Origin: Planctomycetota bacterium
Lineage (GTDB): Bacteria > Planctomycetota > UBA11346
NCBI GenBank assembly: GCA_038231435.1
Contig: JBBRLJ010000014.1
Coordinates: 36,146-100,145, forward strand
Length of the DNA stretch: 64,000 bases
Reading direction: 5' to 3'
Shown here: piece after piece, positions 39,322-48,335 of the stretch
Layout of the letters: each line of letters begins with the position of its first letter
Position numbering within the stretch: position 1 is the stretch's first letter
The notes under the pieces: model-generated
Seen by the model: only the letters and a program-made list of their open reading frames with translations
What the model was told of the DNA's origin: nothing
The model's database searches: none
Position numbers and translations under genes: made by a program

Positions 39322-39980
39322 GCCCGGGCCGCCGGATTGCCTCGCCTGTGGGCGGCGATCGCGAGCGGGATCTCGCCCGGCATGGCGAATTCGGCATCGA
39401 CGATCAGGCCCTCGCGCCGACCGATGCCCCAGGCGCACCAGCCAACGCGCATGCTGGCCGCGCGTCCGGCGAGGATGTCCGTATGATGGTCGCCAATCAT
39501 CCACGAGCTCTCGGACTTGTCGCCGGTAGCGGTGAGGATGTCCACCAGCTCGGCCGGATCGGGCTTGCGCGCGCGGTCACCGCCCCGGACTTCGGTGATC
39601 ATCCCGGCCAGCCCGCAGGCTTCCAGTATCCGGCCGGTGAAGGCCAACGGCTTGTTGGTCGCGACCGCGAGCGACCAGCCAGCCGCGGAGAGCGCGGAGA
39701 GCGCCTCGGCAATGCCGGCGTAGGCCCGAGTCGCGTCACAGCAGCAGGCGGCATACCGCGCGATGAAGGCTGCCTTCGCCTCGTCGCGCGCCTGCACATC
39801 GCAGTTGGGCGTCAGCCGATCGATCAGTTTATCGACACCGTCGCCGACGAAGGCCGCGATCTGGTGCAACGCGAGCGGTGGCAAGCCGATGCTGGCGCGC
39901 GCCGCGTTACCCGCCTCGGCCAGATCCGCGCGGCTGTCTACCAGCGTACCATCGAGATCGAAGATCACCGTGCCGGACAT
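39318..39980 (-). CDS. gph: HAD-IA phosphatase (phosphoglycolate phosphatase-like)
   Basis: FDLDGTLVDS, ATNKP, KPDP, MIGDHHTDILAGRAA. Confidence 0.82.
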   Translation of the reverse strand: MSGTVIFDLDGTLVDSRADLAEAGNAARASIGLPPLALHQIAAFVGDGVDKLIDRLTPNCDVQARDEAKAAFIARYAACCCDATRAYAGIAEALSALSAAGWSLAVATNKPLAFTGRILEACGLAGMITEVRGGDRARKPDPAELVDILTATGDKSESSWMIGDHHTDILAGRAASMRVGWCAWGIGRREGLIVDAEFAMPGEIPLAIAAHRRGNPAARA

Positions 39981-40022
39981 GCCCAGCAGCATGCGGCGCT
40001 GGATGGATCCGGCCAGGGGTTT

Positions 40023-40092
40023 GGAGACGGGGAACTGGGGGAAGGAGATGGGCGGATAGCGGATAGCTCCGAGTTGAGAGCTGAGAGCTACC
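40023..40092 (+). repeat. Degenerate heptamer tandem repeat
   Basis: ggagacg gggaact gggggaa ggagatg ggcggat agcggat agctccg agttgag agctgag agctacc. Confidence 0.7.
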
Positions 40093-40133
40093 GGGCGGAA
40101 CGGCGGTGAGCGAATGGGACCGCCGCGCCGGGG

Positions 40134-41570
40134 CTACGACAGCGGCGCTTCCTCGTGAAATTCGATTTCGCCGGTCTCATGCGGCGACGGCTCGGCTTCG
40201 ACGTCGCGCTCTTCGGCCTGATCCTGCGACGTCACGTCGATGACCTCGCCGATCGGCTCGGCGGCGCGCGGCGCGAGGGCGATGAGGGCGAGGATGGTGA
40301 TGTCGTCCCCGACCGGGCCATTGGCGAAGCGGGAAACGTCCTCGGCGATGCCATCGACCAGCGCCTGCGGCGATTCCTCGATGTGCGCGAGGACGCTGCC
40401 GTACAGGCGCGCTTCGCCGTACGGGCGCTCGTCCGGGCTCATCGCCTCGGTCAGGCCGTCGGTGTACTGCACCAGCACGTCCCCGGGCATCAGGTCGAGG
40501 GTGTCCTCGCGCAGCGTGGCGGAGAACACCCGGCCGGGCGCGAGACCGATGGCCATGCCGGGGCGCCCGAGACGGCGCAGGATCGATTCCTGGCCGAGAT
40601 TCACGATCAGGCCTGGATGGTGGCCGGCGCGGACGCAAGCGAGCGCACCGGTACGCGGGTCGAGCGCGCCCGCGAACATGGTGATGAACTGCCCGGGGAT
40701 CAGATCCACCTTGATCTCGTCGTTGAATCTGGTCAGCAGCGTCATCACATCGCTGCTGTCGCGGGCGATGAAACGCAGGGTCTTCAGCGCGGTCGCGACG
40801 ACCAGCGCCGCCTGCATGCCGTGGCCGCTGACGTCGCCGATGACCAGCAGGATGCGGCCGTCGGGCAGGGTGAGCGCCTCATAGAAATCGCCGCTGACGC
40901 CGTGGTGGGCCTTGTAATGCACCGCCAGCTCGAAGCCGTCGAGCTTGGGCAGGTTCGACAGCATGTTCTGCTGAACGCTGCGCGCCTTCTCCATGGCTTC
41001 ATCGAGGACCTGCGGCTTCGCGAATATGGCGGTGGTCGAGCGCTGGCTGCCCTCCTTCGCCTTATGCACGAGCAGATGCGTCTCGAGCATCCGTCCCGAA
41101 CGCGCGGCCGGAGTCAGGCACAGGTGCTCGGCGATCTCGGACACCGTGCGCAGGCTGATCTTGCCTTCGTCGCGCGTGATGCCGTTGGCGAAATCGCCGG
41201 TGTACGGATTCAGCCAATGGCCATCGCGGCTGAAGATGCGCAGGCGCGGCTCGAGCGGCAGCATGCGGATGAGGTCGAGACGCCAGCGTTCGTACTCGAG
41301 GCGCGCGAGCGGCAGCGGCTGCTGCTGCTTCCAGATCTCATTGCCGAGCAGGAATTCACGTGCGGCCTGGGCGCGCCCGAGCGAGGCGGGGATGGCCTTG
41401 CCCCCGTAGGGCTCGATCCAGTGCTGCTGGTCGGACGTCATCACCTGGAAGACCGGATCGTTGTCGATGCGCCGGACCAGCTCGGGAGCGAGGATGCGCT
41501 CGGCGGGGACCGACGCGACGCGCATGGAGGTCGATCGGCGCGCTGATCGGTTCGGTCGTCTCGAGAACAT
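40134..41570 (-). CDS. PP2C/SpoIIE (RsbU-like) phosphatase with an unknown N-terminal domain
   Basis: VSGDFYE, IGDVSGHG, RAGHHP, YTDGLTEA, DDITIL; start uncertain. Confidence 0.9.
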   Translation of the reverse strand: MFSRRPNRSARRSTSMRVASVPAERILAPELVRRIDNDPVFQVMTSDQQHWIEPYGGKAIPASLGRAQAAREFLLGNEIWKQQQPLPLARLEYERWRLDLIRMLPLEPRLRIFSRDGHWLNPYTGDFANGITRDEGKISLRTVSEIAEHLCLTPAARSGRMLETHLLVHKAKEGSQRSTTAIFAKPQVLDEAMEKARSVQQNMLSNLPKLDGFELAVHYKAHHGVSGDFYEALTLPDGRILLVIGDVSGHGMQAALVVATALKTLRFIARDSSDVMTLLTRFNDEIKVDLIPGQFITMFAGALDPRTGALACVRAGHHPGLIVNLGQESILRRLGRPGMAIGLAPGRVFSATLREDTLDLMPGDVLVQYTDGLTEAMSPDERPYGEARLYGSVLAHIEESPQALVDGIAEDVSRFANGPVGDDITILALIALAPRAAEPIGEVIDVTSQDQAEERDVEAEPSPHETGEIEFHEEAPLS

Positions 41571-41632
41571 GGCGCCTCCGTCCGTCCCCACAGCATCCCT
41601 GGGCGGACGGCGGTGGATGGAGGTCGAAACCT

Positions 41633-41650
41633 ACCCCCTGACCAGGGGGT
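41633..41650. promoter_or_regulatory. Palindrome upstream of the PP2C gene
   Basis: ACCCCCTG-ac-CAGGGGGT, followed by three TGCAAC copies between 41650 and 41699. Confidence 0.3.
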
Positions 41651-41712
41651 GCAACCGTTCGCTGTGTATCATGGTGCAACGCACGGAGGAGCCTGCAACG
41701 TTTGCATCAAAA

Positions 41713-43128
41713 TCATTCGAGCAGCCGCCCGAGATGGGCACAGGCTTCCTCGGGCAGATTCGAGCTGCGCGTCAGGTGGAGACCTCCCCTCAGCCCTTCC
41801 TGCACGACCTGGCGCTCGAGGTAGTCGTTCGAGGTCGAATGCAGGGTGAGTCCGAAGATCGCGAAACGCAGGTCGGCGTCCGTTGGATCCCCGAGCTGGG
41901 AGAGCCGTACGCGCGCGGCCGCGACCAGGCCCATGGCCAGCGAATCCATCTGTGAGAATTCGCCCTCGAGGCCCTGGGCATTCAACGCCAGCTCGACCGC
42001 GACGCGCGCGCGGTAACCGCCGCGCATCAGGTGCGAGCCCGAGAGCATCTGCAAGTGCATCTCCTGGAGCTGGCGCAGCAGCAGGAAATCGTCGTTGTAG
42101 GTGGCGATGCTGACGCGCAGGCCCGCGAACGGCCAATTGGCCAAGAGTGGCGTGCGCCCATCGCAATAGAGGTAGACGTCCGCGAGCGAGGCCAGCGCGG
42201 CCACCGGCTGCACCAGGGCCGCGGCCCCGCGCTCGAGGTGACCGAGGATGCTCGGCGGCAGCACCACGCGCACGCGGCGCCAGCGGCGGGTGGCCTCGGC
42301 GGCGATGCTGTAGGCGTTGGTGAGCACCTGCCAGGGATTCGAGCTGCCGTCGATGGTGGCGGTGAACTGACTGCCGCGCTTCGGGTCGTCGAGGCCATCG
42401 ATCCACAGCCGGCCACGGCAGTACATCCGCACCACCGGCAGCGGGTAGCACTCGGCGAGCGACAGCTGCTCGAAGGTGCGCCGGCCGCAGCGCGTCAGGG
42501 CCTGCTGACCATCCGCAGCGCCGGCGAGGGCGGCGCGGGCCTCGGTACGATCGATGCGCAAAGGCGCGCGTTCGGCGGCCAGCGAGTGCATGCCGCAACG
42601 CACCAGGGCGGCATCGACCAGGCTGAGCACCAGCGGCGTGCCGACCTCGGTGATCGAGGTGTCGGACAGGAATGCCTCTACCTGCACCAGCGCATCGGTC
42701 GCGGCCTTGCGATCGAGCTGGTAGCGCTCGACCAGCAGGTCGCCCATCCACGAACGATCCCACTGGCGGCGGCGGCCATCGAGATCGATCACCGAGAGGT
42801 TGAGCGCGGCGCAGCCGTCGCCATTGACCCGGCGCTCGCGGCGGAAGCGCTCGCGGTCGTCGCGGTAGCGGATGTAGGATTTGGCCGCGTCGTAGTAGCC
42901 ACTCTCCTGCAGCACGTGCACGACCGCGTCCTGCACCTCCTCGATGCCGAGGCTGGCCTGGTCGCAGGTGCGTTCGAGGTGCTCGAGCACCACGCGGGCC
43001 AGTTCGGCCGACAGAGCACGGTCATCGATGGAGACGGCGTGGAGCGCCTTCGAGATAGCCGAGCCGATGCGGGCCAGGTCGAACGCGACCTCGCGCCCAT
43101 CGCGTTTGACGATGGCGGATGGCCTCAC
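41713..43128 (-). CDS. Double ATP-cone protein resembling a truncated, degenerate class III RNR (NrdD-like)
   Basis: Cone 1 IVKRDGREVAFD..RI..AISKA...IEEVQDAV...AKSYIRYR; degenerate cone 2; no glycyl-radical or Zn-finger tail. Start uncertain (GTG 43128). Confidence 0.75.
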   Translation of the reverse strand: MRPSAIVKRDGREVAFDLARIGSAISKALHAVSIDDRALSAELARVVLEHLERTCDQASLGIEEVQDAVVHVLQESGYYDAAKSYIRYRDDRERFRRERRVNGDGCAALNLSVIDLDGRRRQWDRSWMGDLLVERYQLDRKAATDALVQVEAFLSDTSITEVGTPLVLSLVDAALVRCGMHSLAAERAPLRIDRTEARAALAGAADGQQALTRCGRRTFEQLSLAECYPLPVVRMYCRGRLWIDGLDDPKRGSQFTATIDGSSNPWQVLTNAYSIAAEATRRWRRVRVVLPPSILGHLERGAAALVQPVAALASLADVYLYCDGRTPLLANWPFAGLRVSIATYNDDFLLLRQLQEMHLQMLSGSHLMRGGYRARVAVELALNAQGLEGEFSQMDSLAMGLVAAARVRLSQLGDPTDADLRFAIFGLTLHSTSNDYLERQVVQEGLRGGLHLTRSSNLPEEACAHLGRLLE

Positions 43129-43282
43129 GGCGGACTCCCGAGACCATGGCGCTCGAGCGGCGGGCGGATTGACGGGATGGCCATCGCGATGGGGATCCCT
43201 CTTAAAACGACGAGCGCGGGGGACCAGCTTTTTCCGGCTGGCGCCATAGGACGGTGGCACTGAGTGGCGATGCGCTGGCGCA

Positions 43283-43900
43283 TCACTCGATGCTCTTTTC
43301 CGGGCTCTTGTCCGGACTCTTGTCCAGACTCGTGTCCAGACTCGTGTCCAGAGCATGGCTTCCCGGGCTGCCGTGATCAGGCTCGCGGGACTGCGGACGC
43401 GCGGCGGGCAGGCCTGCGAGCGGCCCGCCCTTCTGTTGCGGACCGCCGCCGCCGATGACGCGGCGCAGTTCGCCCATGAACTCGTCGAGATCCTTGAACT
43501 GGCGGTAGACCGAAGCGAAACGGACGTAGGCCACCTGATCGAGCTTGTGCAGCTCGCCCATCACCAGCTGGCCGATGTCGTTCGACGAGACCTCGCGGTC
43601 GCCTTGGCTGAGCAGGTGGTGGTGCACGCGGTTCGCGGCGGCCTCGAGATCCTCGGAAGCCACCGGGCGCTTCTCGCACGCGGTGATCATGCCCGCGAGC
43701 ACCTTGCGGCGATCGAAGCTCTGGATGCGGCCATCCTTCTTCACCACCCGCAAGGCCTCTTCGCCTTCGACACGCTCGTAGGTCGTGTAGCGCTTGCCGC
43801 AAGGGTTGCAGACGCGCCGGCGCCGGATCGCGGTGCCGTCATCGGTGGCGCGCGAATCGATCACGCGATCGTCGTCTTGATTGCAGAAGGGGCAGCGCAC
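43283..43900 (-). CDS. nrdR: Transcriptional repressor NrdR with a C-terminal extension
   Basis: [48 protein letters not shown]. Confidence 0.96.
   Translation of the reverse strand: MRCPFCNQDDDRVIDSRATDDGTAIRRRRVCNPCGKRYTTYERVEGEEALRVVKKDGRIQSFDRRKVLAGMITACEKRPVASEDLEAAANRVHHHLLSQGDREVSSNDIGQLVMGELHKLDQVAYVRFASVYRQFKDLDEFMGELRRVIGGGGPQQKGGPLAGLPAARPQSREPDHGSPGSHALDTSLDTSLDKSPDKSPEKSIE
43293..43352 (+). repeat. Five-copy 12-bp minisatellite in the nrdR 3' tail
   Basis: ctcttttccggg ctcttgtccgga ctcttgtccaga ctcgtgtccaga ctcgtgtccaga. Confidence 0.85.
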
Positions 43901-44010
43901 GGCGGTGGACCGGGGATCATGGAACGACCGCACCGAGCGCAAGGCGTGGCGTTCGACAAGCTTTCAACAGCTGCCGGACGAACGACCCACGGCAAGAACA
44001 GGCTTGGCGA

Positions 44011-44874
44011 TCAGGGATCCGCGCGTAACGACGAGGGCGTCCGGCCCATGATCCGCTTGAACGCCACGCTGAACGCGAAGGGATTCTCGTACCCGACGCT
44101 GCGGGCCACATCCTCGACGGTGGACCCGGTGGACGACAGCAATGCCGCGGCCCGGCGCATGCGCAGCAGGGCCACCTGGCGGAGCGGGCTGCGACCCAGA
44201 TGCCGTTGGCATAGCCGCCTCAGGCGCTCCTCGCCCACGCCGACGCTGGCCGCGAGATCAGCGAGGGCCCACGGGCGCGCGAGATCGTTTTCGACCTCGC
44301 GCCACAGCGGCCACAGACGGGATCCATCCCCGGCCGCGGCCGTGGCGATGCGCATGGCCTGGGCGTGGACCAGGGCCGACCACTGAGTCAGGATCGATGG
44401 CTCGCCCGGGCCGACCGCTTCCTGCCACAGGCCATGGACCGCCGCGCGCAGCGGCTCGGCATCGGCCTCGACCACAGTGGCGGCGGTGAGTAGCGCGAAC
44501 GCCTCTTGCGCCGAAGCCTTCGCCGAGGCGGACGTCGGTGGAACGTAGCTGGCCCAACAGATACCCCAGCGCCGCGTGCCGATGGTGCGGAAACCGTGCG
44601 CCATTCCCGGAGGGGCCAGGTAAGCGCGCCCGGGGCCGAGCCGGACCCATGCACCGGCGACGAGGACCTCGCCGGAACCGGAAACGCAGGCGATGACATG
44701 GCCGAGCGGCGATGCGCGCTTGGAGAAGCCATAGCCCTTGCCGGCATCGCTGATGCCGGCGCGGCCGATGCCGAAGGCGGACAGCGCCGGCGCCGCCTCG
44801 GGGCCGACACGCCACTCGGGAGTGTCATCTCCCACCTGGTGGATCTCACGAATGCCGTGGTGGGTTGTAACCAT
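44011..44874 (-). CDS. AraC family transcriptional regulator
   Basis: Cupin N-terminus; LADLAASVGV..RL.RL...LGRSP; VARSVGYENPFAFSVAFKR..GRTPS; start uncertain. Confidence 0.92.
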   Translation of the reverse strand: MVTTHHGIREIHQVGDDTPEWRVGPEAAPALSAFGIGRAGISDAGKGYGFSKRASPLGHVIACVSGSGEVLVAGAWVRLGPGRAYLAPPGMAHGFRTIGTRRWGICWASYVPPTSASAKASAQEAFALLTAATVVEADAEPLRAAVHGLWQEAVGPGEPSILTQWSALVHAQAMRIATAAAGDGSRLWPLWREVENDLARPWALADLAASVGVGEERLRRLCQRHLGRSPLRQVALLRMRRAAALLSSTGSTVEDVARSVGYENPFAFSVAFKRIMGRTPSSLRADP

Positions 44875-44936
44875 GGTAATTCCCATGCCGTGGTACCTAT
44901 GATCGAGGATACCACGAATCCATCGGGAGCCCACTC

Positions 44937-45797
44937 ATGAACGCACCAGACTTGCTCGCCACGGCGCCTGCGCGGCATTCCCGTCCTGCGTTCCAGACTA
45001 CAGAAGCGGCCCTGAGTCCCGACCAGGTGGCGGCCTACCGACGCGACGGACTGCTCTTCCCCCTTCCGGTGTACGACCGATCCGCCATCGCTGCCAACCG
45101 CGCCGGATTCGAGCGGCTGCTGACCCGGCTGCCGCGCGGCGCCGACGCGTTCTCGATCAACGCCTGGCACCTCACCGACCGCTTCGTCTACGACCTCTGC
45201 ACCAGTCCCCGGCTCCTGGACTACGTCGAGGCGCTGATCGGCCCGGACATCCTGCTGTGGGGCAGCCACTTCTTCTGCAAAGAGCCTGGAGACGGCAAGA
45301 CCGTCGGCTGGCACCAGGACGCCCGCTATTGGCCGCTCGCCCCCCATCGCTCGGTTACGGCGTGGCTGGCGATCGACGACAGCGACGTGGGCAACGCCGC
45401 GATGCGCATCCTGCCCGGCACCCATGGCAACGGCCTGCTGCCGCACCAGCAGGGCGGCCAGCCGGACAGCCTCCTCGACCTGGCCCTCGACAGCGACGTG
45501 GTGCGCGGCCTCGCTCTCGATGACGCGCAGGCCACCGCGGTCGAACTGAAGGCGGGAGAGATCTCGCTGCACGATGACAATGTGATCCACGGCTCGCCAA
45601 CGAACGCCTCACAGCGCCGGAGATGTGGTCTGACCATGCGCTTCATGCCACCCGAGGTGCGCTGCGACACGAGCGTGTGGCCTCATTTCAGCGCGATCGT
45701 GGTGAGGGGCGAGGACCGGGTGGGAGCGAATCGGCTGGCTCAGGCACCGAGAGAGGGGATGGAGTCGAGGGCGATCTTGGAGGGGCATCCGTATTAG
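44937..45797 (+). CDS. Phytanoyl-CoA dioxygenase (PhyH) family Fe(II)/2OG oxygenase
   Basis: WHQDARYW (HxD), AWLAIDD, ILPGTH, IHGS..N.S.RRR. Confidence 0.92.
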   Translation: MNAPDLLATAPARHSRPAFQTTEAALSPDQVAAYRRDGLLFPLPVYDRSAIAANRAGFERLLTRLPRGADAFSINAWHLTDRFVYDLCTSPRLLDYVEALIGPDILLWGSHFFCKEPGDGKTVGWHQDARYWPLAPHRSVTAWLAIDDSDVGNAAMRILPGTHGNGLLPHQQGGQPDSLLDLALDSDVVRGLALDDAQATAVELKAGEISLHDDNVIHGSPTNASQRRRCGLTMRFMPPEVRCDTSVWPHFSAIVVRGEDRVGANRLAQAPREGMESRAILEGHPY

Positions 45798-45864
45798 CGG
45801 ATGGCGGATGGCGGATGGCTCTGAGCACCCTGTGCCATCCCCGATCAGCCATGTGCTATCCGCC
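45797..45864. repeat. Heptamer array plus inverted degenerate copy (hairpin)
   Basis: (gcggatg)x3 ... gccatcc ccgatca gccatgt gctatcc gcc, immediately after the stop codon. Confidence 0.75.
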
Positions 45865-46177
45865 TTGGTCCTTTCTCGCTTCACTCGATTGTCGCGATCG
45901 GCCAGGCAGTAAAGGTCTGCGGCCGGAGCGGCCTTGCCGCGGAAGAACCGCGGTGCCTCCGCGGCGAGCCGGCGCTCCGCCGGCCGTCCTTGACTCCGAG
46001 CACGTCCGCGACAATCGCGCCACTCAGGAGAAATCGCAATCCACTCCGCGAGCTTCAAAGCCTCACAGCTTCTTCGAACTGACGCAGCTTCGAGGCTTCT
46101 TCGTGCCGCGCGCAAGGCCACGCCAGCCAGCCGGGTGCGGCGTGCACTAGCGATGCTAGCCTCCAGACCACATAGCC

Positions 46178-46609
46178 TCAAAGCCTCTCCGGTAGTCCCG
46201 CCCCCGTCCTCCCCGCCACCACCACCAACCCCCTCTCCATCAACATCTGCAGATACATCGTCATCAGCACTCTCGCCTCATGGAACGACAGCCGGTGCTC
46301 CTGAGCCAGCCAATCGACCAGCGACTCCACCGTCGCCACGCCATCCACCTTCCGCCAGACCTCGAGTCCGAGTCCGTCCAGGCGGTAGGACTTGGTGCGC
46401 CGCAGCTTCAGCAGCGAGGCCAGCGGCCTGAGGACCGGGCCGTAGCTCAGCGGCACGGTGAGTGTCGCGGCATCCTGCAGTTCGACTGCCTCGACGCGCT
46501 GGTTGCGCACCGGGATGGCTGCGAGGCGCTCGGCGTATGAGAGATCAGCGGCCTTCGGCGCGCCACGCTTCCTCGCCAGGATCGGGGGCGAGGGGTCAGC
46601 CGACGACAT
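46178..46609 (-). CDS. PqqD family / RiPP recognition element (RRE)-like protein
   Basis: YRLDGLGLEVWRKVDGVATVESLVDWL...YLQMLMERGLV matches the PqqD winged-helix pattern; start re-placed at ATG 46609. Confidence 0.8.
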   Translation of the reverse strand: MSSADPSPPILARKRGAPKAADLSYAERLAAIPVRNQRVEAVELQDAATLTVPLSYGPVLRPLASLLKLRRTKSYRLDGLGLEVWRKVDGVATVESLVDWLAQEHRLSFHEARVLMTMYLQMLMERGLVVVAGRTGAGLPERL

Positions 46610-47493
46610 CGTCGGGCTCCAGGCGTGGATGCTTGGGTGGTCCCACCTGCTCGATCGCGTAGATACGGCCCTCTGTCGGATCGTGCCACATCCAGGCGTC
46701 GCCGGGCCACCAGGCGCCGGTGAGCATTTCCATCCGGCGTTCGCCACGGCGTTCGAAAGCCGTACGCACGCCGCGCAGGCCACGGAACTCGACCGGTTGC
46801 GACGACATCACCCGCGAGCGCGCGCGGGAGAGCAGGCGACGATGCAGGCCCGCCAGGTCGAGCCCAGCGAGCACCGCGCGATCGAGGCCGATGCGGCGGG
46901 CAGTGAGATGCAGATCCTTAGCGGTCTCGAAGGTGATCGCCACGTTCGCCGGTTCGGGCGAGATCGCCTCGAATGCGAAGGGCTCTGGCAGCTGGAGCGA
47001 TACTCCGAACAGCTCGTGGCGCCTCGGCCAGGCGTGATTGGGGCGGAACGATTCCAGGAGCGGCAACAGGGTCGAGGCGGCGAACGCCTCGTCATGCTCG
47101 GGAAAGATCCACTGCAGCAGCGTGCGCGTAGAGTGCTGGTAGAGCGAGGCGTAGGCGGGCAGCCCGGGCCGGTGCCAGGCGAAGAGGAACTGCCCGACGA
47201 CGCTGGTGCTCAACGCGGCGAAGACCGAGGCGTCCGCGGGCGCGGCCTTCGCCAGGAAGCGGCGATGCACCTCGTCGAGGATGCGTGGCTGGTCCGGGGT
47301 CTGGGGCACGGTCCGCCACACCAGCTGGCCGCGCGGACGCACGCGCTCGTAGAACTGGAACTGGCCCTCATCGTTCGCGAAGTGATGGCCGGTGATCTCC
47401 CACCAGAGGGGCAGCGTGAACGAGAATCCCCGCCACGACAGCCTGCGGATGCGCTCGATGTACGGCGGCACGAGCGTCGCGCCTGCCGGCGGA

Positions 47494-47504
<11 letters not shown>
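46596..47504 (-). CDS. Hypothetical soluble protein with an apparent internal duplication
   Basis: Overlaps both neighbours in operon fashion; halves begin WRGFSFTLPLWWEI and LFGVSLQLPEPFAF; start uncertain. Confidence 0.7.
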
Positions 47505-48330
<826 letters not shown>

Positions 48331-48335
48331 GTTGG

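Noticed and set aside
41713-43356. Calling the ATP-cone gene a functional nrdD, nrdA or nrdJ, or using the ORF-track start at 43356
   Set aside because: Catalytic and radical motifs are absent, and the upstream extension overlaps nrdR and only translates the minisatellite
43129-44010. NrdR box upstream of the ATP-cone gene or nrdR
   Set aside because: No match to the AT-rich acaCwAtATaTwGtgt consensus was seen by eye
44011-45797. AraC/PhyH pair as tailoring genes for the RRE operon
   Set aside because: PhyH is convergent with the operon, separated by a 380-bp structured spacer, and has its own divergent regulator; no evidence of linkage
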